64,000 nt of DNA, taken from NCBI GenBank assembly GCA_964016885.1, contig OZ024745.1, forward strand, positions 130,014,001 through 130,078,000. The letters are read 5' to 3'. The DNA is from Eledone cirrhosa (Eukaryota). The position numbers and the translations under genes were made by a program. Shown piece after piece: positions 1 to 12,494 of this stretch. Below the pieces are notes generated by a model, which was given only the letters and a program-made list of their open reading frames with translations, did no database searches and was not told where the DNA came from. Each line of letters begins with the position of its first letter. Positions within the stretch are counted from its first letter, which is position 1.

Positions 1-378
1 TCAATGCTTAGTGGCTTTGTAGCTGACACAGTACATTGATATATATGTAGAATTATCAACTCTAATAATTATACGCTAAAACAAATCCCCTCTTTAAAGA
101 TATAAGAAGCAAAATTGAGCAGCTGGAAATTTCAGTGCATAGCAAGGTGTTTTTCATCAATATAAACTTGCCAGATGAGCATCGACTTAACATGAATTAG
201 TTTTAAAACATTATTATTTCACCATCATGTTCTAGAGTTATTCGATTCATTTTAATTAAAATAAAAAATCATTATTCTCCAAGTAGAATATCTCGATTAA
301 CATCTATTAAAATATAGTAATGTTTAGATGATTGAAGACTCTGGGTAAATAATATATATATATATATATATATATGTG

Positions 379-415
<37 letters not shown>

Positions 416-419
416 CATG

Positions 420-456
<37 letters not shown>

Positions 457-807
457 TATTTACCCAGAGTCTTCAATCATCTAAACATTACTATATTTTA
501 ATAGATGTTAATCGAGATATTCTACTTGGAGAATAATGATTTTTTATTTTAATTAAAATGAATCGAATAACTCTAGAACATGATGGTGAAATAATAATGT
601 TTTAAAACTAATTCATGTTAAGTCGATGCTCATCTGGCAAGTTTATATTGATGAAAAACACCTTGCTATGCACTGAAATTTCCAGCTGCTCAATTTTGCT
701 TCTTATATCTTTAAAGAGGGGATTTTTTTTAGCGTATAATTATTAGAGTTGATAATTCTACATATATATCAATGTACTGTGTCAGCTACAAAGCCACTAA
801 GCATTGA
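1..807. repeat. Large near-perfect inverted repeat (arms 1-~352 and ~456-807) with a mirrored microsatellite centre
   Basis: 1-347 is the reverse complement of 461-807 (ctgggta 341-347 / tacccag 461-467). The centre is (TA)n(TG)n then (CA)n(TA)n. There is at least one arm mismatch (82 vs 726). The left arm may extend beyond the window start. Confidence 0.95.
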
Positions 808-925
808 TATTTATACATATACAATATAAACAATATAAGCAATATATACACACATATATATACACATATACATATATATATATGTATCTATGTATATATA
901 TATATATATATATATACATAATATT

Positions 926-1105
926 TTGAAGCTGGTCGTAGAGCTAAATCTGGCCTTAAGCTTTGTATATATATATATATATATAACAATAGTACTTTTC
1001 TAAGTCCAATAGACAATCACATCCCTTCTAACCATATATATGTACAGGAATCTGTTTAACAGACTAGAGCTTAAGGTCAGATTTAGCTCTACAACCAGCT
1101 TCAAA
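926..1105. repeat. Short inverted repeat pair (~37 bp arms) between (TA)n tracts
   Basis: tttgaagctggtcgtagagctaaatctggccttaagct (926-962) vs agcttaaggtcagatttagctctacaaccagcttcaaa (1068-1105), imperfect. Confidence 0.8.
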
Positions 1106-2018
1106 TTATAATGTATATATATATATATATATATAAATGTGTGTTCATAAATCCTTATAAACACGCGCTCACACAAACATAAAGACACGCACGCAAGTCA
1201 TATACAGCTAATCTACATACAGTGATAAACGTAAAATGTGCGAGGAAACAACAGCACAAATTAAAAGGATATATAAAAAAAATAGGTGAGGATTTACGTA
1301 TTTCGCTCTTCCTCTTTTCCATTTTGACTCTTCTCTCTCTTTCTCACTTTACTTTACACGCTCTGTTCCTCTCTTTCCCTCTTTATCTTTCCCTCTCTCC
1401 CTTTCCCTCTCAAACACAGTCTTTATCTCTCTTTTAGAAACACTCATATAATATCATACGTACACTCATGAACAGTCTATATAGTTTCTCTTTTTCGCTC
1501 ACCCAATATCCTTCTCTGTCCACCATGAATCATGTAAATGAATAAATCTTAGTGTCAGCTTCATAGAGTACGTCTGCATATAGCGAAGAATATTTCAACG
1601 TATGACGTTTTCTACTTGAAAAATGTCCTGGAGAGTAATGTCAATTAGTGACCACAAATACTAATTTATTGCATAGTATATGTCAAAAGTGTGTGACGAA
1701 ATAATGGGGAAAATGTTGCAAGCGTATTCTTTGATAAACGGCTTCAAAGAAAGAATGACGTATGCAGTCATGTAGATGCATTTGTAAGAGGAATGGTAAA
1801 TAGCGTTGTATATGTGAATAGAAGGAGCTAAGTCGTTATTCTACCCACACGTTTACACACTGTCGTGTGTACATAAACACATCTAGAAACACATGAACAG
1901 ATATACATAACCTCACATGAACACAAACATGTATGAATAGGTGTATACACGTTTTATATAGGAATATTCGGAGATATATTTGTATACATATACATATATA
2001 TATATATAAAAACATAAT

Positions 2019-2079
<61 letters not shown>

Positions 2080-2126
2080 GACGTAAATAAGAAAGTTATG
2101 AAAATTGACTTACTTACTAAAATTTC

Positions 2127-2205
2127 ACTCCAACTAATTAGTTTCTGTAAGGGGATAACTACAGTTATGTAATACCTGTAGAGAAGCCTTTCGTCATCAG
2201 GGAGT
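2127..2205 (-). ncRNA. Type I hammerhead ribozyme motif (mirror copy)
   Basis: Reverse complement of 2442-2520 with one stem II substitution. Confidence 0.75.
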
Positions 2206-2441
2206 CTATTCTCAGCTAAGTTACCAGGCAATGCGGGGACACTGGAAACTTATATAACAATAATTCAGTGGATGGAAAAAAGCGAAAAAGGCGAGCGGGA
2301 CTAGATTCCAAGCCACTGAAAAATTTTTCAGTGGCTTGGAATCTAGTCCCGCTCGCCTTTTTCGCTTTTTTCCATCCACTGAATTATTGTTATATAAGTT
2401 TCCAGTGTCCCGGCATTGCCTGGTAACTTAGCTGAGAATAG

Positions 2442-2520
2442 ACTCCCTGATGACGTAAGGCTTCTCTACAGGTATTACATAACTGTAGTTATCCCCTTAC
2501 AGAAACTAATTAGTTGGAGT
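2442..2520 (+). ncRNA. Type I hammerhead ribozyme motif
   Basis: ACTCC-CTGATGA-c-GTAAGG..CTACAG..CTGTAG..CCTTAC-a-GAAA-CTAATTAG-TT-GGAGT. It has a 5-bp stem I, an extended stem II, a palindromic stem III and a GUU triplet. Confidence 0.8.
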
Positions 2521-2684
2521 GAAATTTTAGTAAGTAAGTCAATTTTCATAACTTTCTTATTTACGTCTTTCATATAATTGTTCTGCATTCCCATGCATAG
2601 AACTACAAAGTTACTAAGACAAAACATATATATCTGCTAGCATAGGTATACATCTGTATACATATGTCGGTAGATATATTAATT

Positions 2685-2731
<47 letters not shown>

Positions 2732-2820
2732 TGAGTGTGTGTGTCTGATGGTAGCTAAGATGCTTCCATAGGCGGTATGCTGGTTGACCACTCTATGCTC
2801 TTACAGAGCAGAGTATGATA

Positions 2821-3164
<344 letters not shown>

Positions 3165-3205
3165 GGGGGAGAGAAGATGAGAGAGGGATCGAGACTCAGA
3201 GAGGG

Positions 3206-3259
<54 letters not shown>

Positions 3260-3495
3260 GGTAGATAGAATGTATATGCTGTTAGTGTATTTCCGACTTA
3301 TAGCTAACCAGTGTGGTAGTATCAGGGGAAGACAAATGAGAAAACATGTGAAATGGGATAGACGACATTCAACGAAGGGAACTCACTGTAAGGTGTTATT
3401 TCTTTGGTTTAATGAAAGAATAATGAAATGTTTAGGTGTGAACCTGTTGAATATGTGAGTAAGTATAGTGGAGATTTTTGAGAAAAAGTAAATAG

Positions 3496-3543
3496 CTGAT
3501 AATGATGATGGTGGTGATGATGATGGTAATGATGGTGGTGGTA

Positions 3544-3582
<39 letters not shown>

Positions 3583-3843
3583 ATGCTGATGATGATAATG
3601 TGATGATGAAGATGATGATGATGATGATGGTGATGATGCTGCTGATGATGATGATTGATGATGACGAAGATGATGGTGATGATGATGGTGATGATGATTG
3701 CTGTGATGATGATGATGATGAGGATGATGGTGGTGACGGTGGTGATGCTGATGCTGATGGTGATGACGAAAATGTTGATGATGATGATGATGATGATGAT
3801 GTTGATGATGGTGATGATTATCATGATGATGATGATGATGGAC

Positions 3844-3874
<31 letters not shown>

Positions 3875-4030
3875 CTATATGGATGATGGCGATGACGATG
3901 AGGATGATGGCGATGACGATGACGATGATGATGACGATGATGATGATGATGAAGATGTGGCGTTGACGATGATGACGATGATGACGATGATGGTGATGAT
4001 GACGATGATGACGATGATGATGATATTGAC
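3496..4030. repeat. Degenerate (GAT)n trinucleotide tract
   Basis: Direct reading; it explains the poly-His/Asp/Met ORFs. Confidence 0.95.
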
Positions 4031-4120
4031 ATCATTGTTTTCATTACCATCCTGTTACCTCTGGCATACGATATTCCCGTACAGCTGCAAACTCTTCTTC
4101 ATATATTCACTATTTCCTAT

Positions 4121-4190
4121 AATTGTTTCTACTTTTGGCACAAGGCCAGCAAATACCCAGTGCATTACTGGTACTTTATTTTATCGACTG
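4121..4190 (-). mobile_element. SINE 3' fragment
   Basis: ttgtttctacttttggcacaaggccagc...ctggtactttattttatcgac is shared with the other SINE copies. Confidence 0.8.
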
Positions 4191-4199
4191 TGTGAGAAA

Positions 4200-4276
4200 A
4201 TGATAATGCAGATGATATTGTTGATGATGTCGATGACAGCGTCAAACACGTGAACAATGACAGCGATAAGGAGACC

Positions 4277-4319
<43 letters not shown>

Positions 4320-4371
4320 ATGGTGGTGAGGATGTTGATGCGGTTGCTGCTGTTGCTCCTGACAATGGTGT

Positions 4372-4418
<47 letters not shown>

Positions 4419-4419
4419 T

Positions 4420-4462
<43 letters not shown>

Positions 4463-4655
4463 ACTGCTGCTGCCGCTGATGATGACGATGATGACATTTA
4501 TGATAAAGGTTGGGGTAACGATTATATTGATGATCCCAACGATAGAGATCATCTGCAAGATCACGATCATGACTACCCCTCACCCCTGTATTGATCATGA
4601 TGATGATGGTGATAATGATGGAGATGATATTTAGGATCATGTTGATGATCATCAT
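4200..4655. repeat. Degenerate (GAT)n tract
   Basis: Direct reading. Confidence 0.9.
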
Positions 4656-5249
4656 CTACATCATCGTAAAATACATCAGCCTCATCCTCAAAATTATTTT
4701 CAATTTACTGAATACAATGAGTGTTATCTTTATACCAACGGAATAAAAGAGAAAATATACGAAAATTACAGGAAATAGAAAAGTGGAAACAATATTAAGT
4801 GTGGGGTCGGTTTGTGATAATATATAATTAAAATTGTCATTTGGTGGAATAATCCGGATAAATGCATGGTACATCGTAAAGGATGAAGACCATCATACAG
4901 TTGATAACATGAATAAAAGACAAAGAATAGGAAATTTAAGTAATATCATCAGAAAGTGTATGCGCAAAAAGATACAAATGAATGAACTGGAACGTGTATT
5001 TCTTTCTTTTGAGGAGAAATATATAAAGCAGGGAAAGAATCGTGACAAAAGAAGGGAATAAACCTTTATTGAGTGATCTATAATAATGTAGAAGTGTTAT
5101 CCAACGTTAAATTCGTATATACCAGTCTAGTGCAATATTCATGATTAAGTGTAGTAGATGGTTATACGACATGAATGTAGTTGCAAGGAAAGGAATTATA
5201 ATAAAATATTTCATACCTGAAACTACAGGTAGAATATAGATTTCATTAT

Positions 5250-6500
5250 AAAATATAAATACCACAGCACACAACAGAGCCATTCATCCAGTAAATGTAC
5301 AGACTAATTGACAAATCATAGTCAGGATTCAAACACTTTCGGTGTGATACCTTCCTAAATAAATTTGTTTCATTTTTATCTATTTTAATTGTATGGCATA
5401 GAAAGATATTTAGTGCTTTCTTGAGTAAACTAGTAATTAGGTTCAATATTTTTAATGTTATCTTTCATCATGTGAAAATTGTATTTCTTATGGTTGATAC
5501 CAATCTGAATCCAATTTGCCTACATGATATTTCCCATAAATATATCAACAGCTACATAATCAGAATAAAAATACTTCATTATTCCTATTGCACTCGTCTC
5601 ACTGGCATATATCCAGTTTAAGTTGAAAGCTGGAAGAAAATTTCTGAAATTATTTGGCAGGAAAACCTACATAGTGGTTCATATTTTAATGAAGTGTCTC
5701 GTTTGAAGAATATTCTCTCCAATCATTTAGGTTTATCATATTAACTGACGTTAAGATGGTAAGATTAGCACACGGTTAAGTAATCGGTTTTCAACAAATA
5801 CATTCCTTGATACGATTTCCTACAATGTTGGGATTAATATAAACATTACTTGATGCAAGCAGACGATAGAGTAACATAAACACAAAACAAAGAACACAAA
5901 TATATTTAGATTACTTATACAGGTCTTGATATATTGAATTTATCATTCGAATGCAAACGCATAACAAAACGGATTTCTTATAGTCTGTGCTGATTAATAA
6001 ACTTATGGTCATTTTCTTTTAGGCCATCCATGGATATCTACCCATCATATTGGCCATCAAAGCTGCAGAGCCCTGACCACAGATCGTAAAGTTATTCAAC
6101 ACACTATTTGTGACATGATTCGACTTTGGAAAAATTATCTTCCTAAATCTCAGTAAGTCGACTCTCTGTGGTCAAAAGCTAAAACATAAAGGATCGATGC
6201 ATTCATAGATCAGTCGCCATAAAGTAATATCGTTTAGTAGTTATTTATTCTCTAGTGATGAATCTCTGAAATTAGAAAATAATCTTTGATCATGATATCT
6301 ACAAAGTATATATAATCAACTCCATCCAAAACATAGGAGTAATCTAGAATGTTCAATGACTTATATACACAGACCTTCACTTTCATAACATGCCCCCGAC
6401 TGATCAGTTAAAATTCTGTGGCTATGTCCACAGCCATCCTTTATCACATTCTTCAGATTAAGAAGACGCCCAATTTAGCTTAAATAAAATGAATATTAAA
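5250..6500 (-). pseudogene. Highly degraded Penelope-like RT + GIY-YIG remnant
   Basis: Hand translation across frameshifts gives motif ghosts in the expected order: GRLLNLKNVIKDG..RIL, VLNNFTICGQ, QYDG.SM, IYASETS, IKNIEPNY..LLKKALNI..CLNPD. Confidence 0.35.
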
Positions 6501-6587
6501 ACTCTATTTCGATATTGAGTACACTTTTCTCCCAGTCCTCAACCACATAAAGATATATGCATACACATATATATACACACAACACAG

Positions 6588-6692
6588 ATTACTCAAGACT
6601 TAGGGTAATATGAAAAGAGTGAGGACCCCCTAGTTCGGATCTAGCTGTCGAAACGGCTGGAGCTCAGCCGTCGGGGTCCTGACTCTGTTCAT
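6588..6692. mobile_element. Family A variant (half-hammerhead element)
   Basis: ggacccc...gtcGAAAcggctggagctcagccgTCggggtcc, preceded by actcaagacttagggta. Confidence 0.7.
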
Positions 6693-6771
6693 ATATATAT
6701 ATTTATATATATATATTTCGTTTCTGAATTTGTTTAGCAAGATTCTTTATCTGAAATCGTGTGTTGAAACC

Positions 6772-7333
6772 GATATTGTTATACTTTGGGAGGGTCATGT
6801 TGCCAATAAGAAACACACGCACCAGTTGCTTTCACTTCAATTTATTATAATAAATTTATAATAAATTTATAAATTTATAAATTTATGGTTGGTTGGTTGG
6901 TTCCACAACCAGATAGTTGTTTATATATTGTCATAGTTGTCGGACAAAATGAAAGCACACACACACATAGAACAAACAACCAACCAGTAACATGTAAATA
7001 AACAAATAAATAAATGAACATAAACACACACAGACACCCGGATGTGGCGCATGCGCAGACTGAGCACACAACACACACACAGAAACAAAATGGCGTAGGA
7101 CAGAACAAAGGAGAGGCACAAAAACAAAGAAAGGAATCCCAGTCACTGAAGAGGTCACAGAGTGTGTGACGAAAGAACTATGACAATATATAAACAACTA
7201 TCTGGTTGTGGAACCAACCAACCAACCAGAAATTTATAAATTTATAAATTTATTATAAATTTATTATAATAAATTGAAGTGAAAGCAATTGGTGCGTGTG
7301 TTTCTTATTGGCAACATGACCCTCCCAAAGTAT

Positions 7334-7341
<8 letters not shown>
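6772..7341. mobile_element. Inverted-repeat element (~165 bp arms) whose right arm starts in the hammerhead stem III
   Basis: 6772-6938 is the reverse complement of 7176-7341. It is flanked by (TA)n. Related fragments lie at ~26975-27070 and ~51870-51920. Confidence 0.85.
7142..7184 (+). ncRNA. Type I hammerhead ribozyme motif
   Basis: GTCA-CTGAAGA-g-GTCACA-gagtg-TGTGAC-GAAA-gaac-TA-TGAC. Confidence 0.8.
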
Positions 7342-7386
<45 letters not shown>

Positions 7387-7413
7387 AATATATAAATATA
7401 TAAATATATATAT

Positions 7414-7744
7414 AAAATAAAGTTAAATAAAAGTCAAATGATTAAAGTTTAGCTTCGTTTATTACTGCTATATATATTTCAGTGACAGCTGAAATATATA
7501 TAGCAGTAATAAACTGCCTGAAGAGGTCACAGCCAAAGATGGCTGTCACTGAAATATATATAGCAGTAATACACGAAGCTAAATATATATAGCAGTAATA
7601 AACGAAGTTAAATTTTAATCATTTGACTTTTATTTAACTTTATTTTACACTACTCCGGAGTAACCAAACCAACCTGCGTACTTCGTCGAGTGCTCCAGCC
7701 TGCATACTGAGGTGTTGGTATACAACTAACATAAACTCAAAATC

Positions 7745-7747
<3 letters not shown>
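7414..7747 (+). mobile_element. Hammerhead-bearing element with an inverted 5' copy and internal duplications
   Basis: 7414-7480 is inverted relative to ~7545-7647. The 3' tail contains tcgagtgct. It lies between (TA)n tracts. Relatives are at 54997-55208 and 61556-61590. Confidence 0.75.
7513..7567 (+). ncRNA. Type I hammerhead ribozyme motif
   Basis: ACTGC-CTGAAGA-ggtcACAGCCA-aaga-TGGCTGTcact-GAAA-TATATA-TA-GCAGT. Confidence 0.8.
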
Positions 7748-7779
<32 letters not shown>

Positions 7780-8611
7780 CTATATATATAAATATATATA
7801 ATAAAATGAGTCATTAATTTTCAGCTTTTTATTTTTTCGCTGAAGAGTTGTTTGCACATACATATATTATACATAAATTATGTTCAGATAATATAAATAC
7901 ATACATACAGTGCATAATATATTAGAGATTCATCCATATTTTATTCATATTATCATTATTAACCCATCTATAATAACATTTTGAATATTGGAATTTGAAT
8001 ATATCTATATGTATACATATATATCGATATTTTATTCATTTACTCACACTTCACCGATCACAGAGATCTCTTGATAGCGATATATAAATTTGATTTCAAA
8101 ACCAAAATTACTCTTGATTCTACTATCAATCCATCTTTATTTTATTTCTATCCGTTAAATTCCTTTTTACATGTTTCTCTCAAACATACAATATTTACAC
8201 TATATTAATAATTAAATGTATTACACAACATTCCGCCTCAGTCATATTAATTGCATTACATACTTTAACCTTCAATATAACTTTGATTTACTTCCTTAAA
8301 TTTTTATCAGATTCTTTTATATTTCAAATAAATTTCTTTTTATAATTTTTATAATTTGATCTTAATCTTTATTTAATTTTAATTTTTGTCATATTTTTAT
8401 GATTATTTTGATATTTATATTTATTGAAAACATGAATATATTTAAGTTAATTTGATCATCACTTTTTAGATTTTTGTATATATGTTTCAGATATATTGGT
8501 ATAAATTTTTATGTATTTAAAAAATATTTCTAAATATTATATATTTGAATAGTAAAGTTTAGTTTTATTTATGTCTGTGCATATATGGTTATGAGAGTGT
8601 ATATGTGGATT

Positions 8612-8723
<112 letters not shown>

Positions 8724-9027
8724 TACATATTTGTATATATGTGTATATATATATCTATACAATTTTTTAATAGATCCACATGCGGCTATGCTTTGGGTTT
8801 GTTATTTATGAAGCATTTTATGTACAATCGGATTTTTTCATCAAGAATTATACATGTTTCTTTGCATTTAAACATGTATTTTGTAATGGTGTAAATACTT
8901 ATGATTGATGCTGTACGTATGTATATATGATATATGATATAGATAGATAGATATATTATAAAGGAGATGGTTTTAAGTATACATACACTGTTTATTATAT
9001 AATCGATGAACCAACGATTTTTACTTG

Positions 9028-9104
<77 letters not shown>

Positions 9105-9407
9105 GCATATGCGAATGATTCTATTATATAGTGTATACATATGTATACGTTGATGAAATGAATTTTAATGCAACTTTTGTTTAGTATATTTCTTATATTA
9201 ATCTGCATAAACATTTATGTATTTCTCTAAATATTAATAAATTTAGTGATTGTTTTTACTTTTGTTTATACATTGTAATCCAATATATGTATGTTTGAAT
9301 TGATATATTAAAGTACATATGTATTTCCATAACTGTCTGTGTGTTAATAGGCAAATTAATTAATATAGAGAATTATGGAAATCTAACATTCGTATTCATC
9401 ATTATTT

Positions 9408-9535
<128 letters not shown>

Positions 9536-9693
9536 TTTAGTAATTTAGTAGCCATTTCTATATTAAGTAAGGATGTTTACCCTCTACTAATTTATTGAGT
9601 ACCCTAGTAACTGTGGTTATCTTCGATTTAACTGGAGATCACACACACATATATATATATATATATGTGTACACTATGTATCTATATATATGC

Positions 9694-9792
<99 letters not shown>

Positions 9793-9865
9793 AATATATA
9801 TATGTACACAGAAATATATATAAACACAGAAATATATGTATATACATATATATATATATATATAT

Positions 9866-9920
<55 letters not shown>

Positions 9921-9921
<1 letters not shown>

Positions 9922-10400
9922 TGTTGAGTTGGGAGTCGGACATTCGTGGAGACCTGAAGATCCGTCTCTTCGTTGTTGCAGTGGAGTCTGTACTGCTGTA
10001 CGGGTTTGAGACTTGGACACGGACCAAGAGACTCACTCGGGTGGTGGATGGGTGCTACACGAGAATGCTGAGGATGGCTCGGGACATTACTCAGTATACA
10101 CTGAGGATGAAGACTTCAGAGCTGTACGGGAGTCTCCCAAAATCCAGCTCGAAAATAAGGCAGAGCAAACTGAGTATAGCTGGAAATTCTCACCGACAAG
10201 TGGAGTTAACACTGCACTCAGTGGTTCTATTGGAATCCTTGCTGGGACACACTGGAAGAGGGAAAGCGAAGATGACATATATTGATGAGCTAAGGACAGA
10301 CACTGGTCTCTAGGGGACGCAGGACATGGGGGAGATGCTGAAGGACAGAGACCGCTGGAGAGAAGTCCTCCATGGATCTCAGGAATCTTACCCGCCCTAG
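9921..10400 (+). mobile_element. RTE-clade LINE 3' fragment
   Basis: [22 protein letters not shown]...[10 protein letters not shown]...ELYG.LP...GRGK...TYID.L..DTGL is the typical RTE/RTE-X C-terminus. Confidence 0.85.
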
Positions 10401-10451
10401 ATATCTATATATACACACACACGCACGTACACACACACACACACATACACA

Positions 10452-10532
<81 letters not shown>

Positions 10533-10639
10533 ATAATTATAAATGTGAAGACTAAAATCCAAAGAGGGTTCGATTTGAATAAATAAATATATATATATCC
10601 ATATATATATATCATGGAAATTGAGGATCAGTAAAATAT

Positions 10640-11100
10640 TCTAGGGAATAGAAGACAATGTGAACCAAATCATATGCCATGCTAGTCGCAAATAATCTTT
10701 CAGAGAAAATGACTAAATATAGTTATTATCTATGAGTATAACGGCGCTACATATTCAAAATACAAAATATTTTTCTCTGAAATCCTAATCATTTAAACCT
10801 TATATTGCTACAAGTAATTGTGCGAATGTTGCCTAAATTACAATCTCCGAAATAATCAAGGATTTGCAATTTCTGATTTGATATTCTCTGAGATAAAGGC
10901 TTCCAATCTTGGCTGTAGTTTGTTCATTGAATCAGGTTTTGAAGAACTTGAAAACTTCTTTTAATAAAAATAGAAAATTAATCTATAAATCTGAAGACTT
11001 TTAGCCATCAAACTGTTGTTATAGCAACTCAGTACACTAGATTTAAATTATTTGCAATGTTTTATTTAGTGTGTCACTAAATATTTCGTACTCATTCATC
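10640..11100 (-). pseudogene. Possible degraded PLE RT remnant
   Basis: ILIDNNYI*SF..DYL / HGI*FGSHC resembles the NYF.F....Y.Q..G.AMGS motif; many stops. Confidence 0.3.
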
Positions 11101-11719
11101 TGTTGTGTAACTACATTAGAAAGGAAATGTCCAACTATCATAATAATAATATCGATGAAATATGAACATTTTAATGTTCAGTTGATTATTTAGTATACTC
11201 GCTTTTATAATTACTTGCCAATACGTTCATTAAAAACATCGTGATCGTGTCAACTATTATAATTTCTTGTGTTTTATACTGAAATACATTTCTAATAAAA
11301 TATTATGACATGTTTTCGCATGCTTTGCAATATTCTATGCAATGATGATACAATAAATCTCTCAAGGGAACCTATGTCTATTTGACGTAAACATCGCCTG
11401 ACTTGTGGTTGCTCTTGGGCTTTAATACACTCGGATACAAAGGCTTGACCTCCAAATTAATCAGTACAATCTCAAATCCGCCAATACATTTCTTTTCTTT
11501 TTACAAACTCACTTACTTTTTAACCATTTCACTTTCACCGTTGCTCTAAAAACTAGTGATGAAATCAATAAAAGCTAAAAAGAATATAGAAATGAATCTT
11601 TGGCGAAGCTGAAATACTAAGCCAATGGGAAACGGTTTAGAAGCGAAAGCATAAATGAATTCCTGCAAACATTCATCTTCAGAATTAATCTTAACTTCCG
11701 CTAATGTTTGCAGACAATT

Positions 11720-12480
11720 GTTTAGGGCAAGAGAGGGTATGGAAATGATGGCGGACTATGGTTCCTACCTCGGCGGCCTGCCGCGGCTCTTGAGAAAATA
11801 TGCAGGTTGATGTGAAAAACAGATAGCAGCCGCCGAGATACGGCTGTATCGCCCGGATTGGATGCTCTATATTATGAATTTTACGTAGACACCCAAATTT
11901 GTTCCTCGATTTTCACGAAGCATACAACCCGCTATTTATCGGGCAATGATCAATGAGAATTACGCGTTAGGCTCCTATAGAGGACATGTGGTGAAGAAGA
12001 TTTGCATGGAGCGACGAAACCAATATGCACGTGTTCGTCAAGTGCCCCAGCATTGCTGACTTGTGAGATTTTGTCGAACAGCCATCATCAACTTGTTCAA
12101 GTTCTATTTAGAAAGCTGTGTGTGGAGCGAGAAGGGCTGCCCCTGTCCCAGTACATTTGTTAAAAGGTGGGTGAATGTAACGGGTATGCCCCGAGTAAAT
12201 GGACCTACATTGAGCATGTGCTTGTAGGGTAGAGATTTCAGAGAGAAAGGGGGCTTCTTCTTATGATGTTCTCGGCGATTAGGGTGGTCTCGGATCCATT
12301 GGGTTCCTTAAATACCCTTCGGTTATGCTCCCCCATATTGGGGAATTCCTTTAATATTTATTGTCACTTGTCATCTACTTTCCTTTTTTTTACACAATGT
12401 TATGTAAATTCTCACTTTCGCTCTTCTGATGTTTTGTTCATCATATTTCATCCCTACAGGCCGAAAATAAAAGAATTATT
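11720..12480 (+). mobile_element. Older, deleted copy of the adjacent Tx1-like LINE
   Basis: Segments at 12010-12480 parallel 13868-14517 (gacgaaacc..tgcacg..ttcgtc.agtg, aaaggtgggtgaatgt, cccc.tattggggaatt, aataaa). Confidence 0.65.
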
Positions 12481-12494
12481 ATTAATAGTAACAG

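Larger units (their letters stand above)
2072..2575. mobile_element. ~500 bp spacerless palindrome carrying two mirrored hammerhead motifs; probable non-autonomous PLE-derived element
   Basis: Symmetry centre 2323/2324 (gaaaaa|tttttc). Arms match apart from a few substitutions. The left end abuts (TA)n. Confidence 0.85.

Noticed and set aside
645-695. TTGATGA...GAAA in the first inverted repeat as a hammerhead
   Set aside because: Stems I-III cannot be paired convincingly, and U3 with G8 is uncompensated
3409-4655. Long His/Asp/Met/Ile-rich ORFs
   Set aside because: Translations of a (GAT)n microsatellite, open in several frames, with a SINE fragment inside
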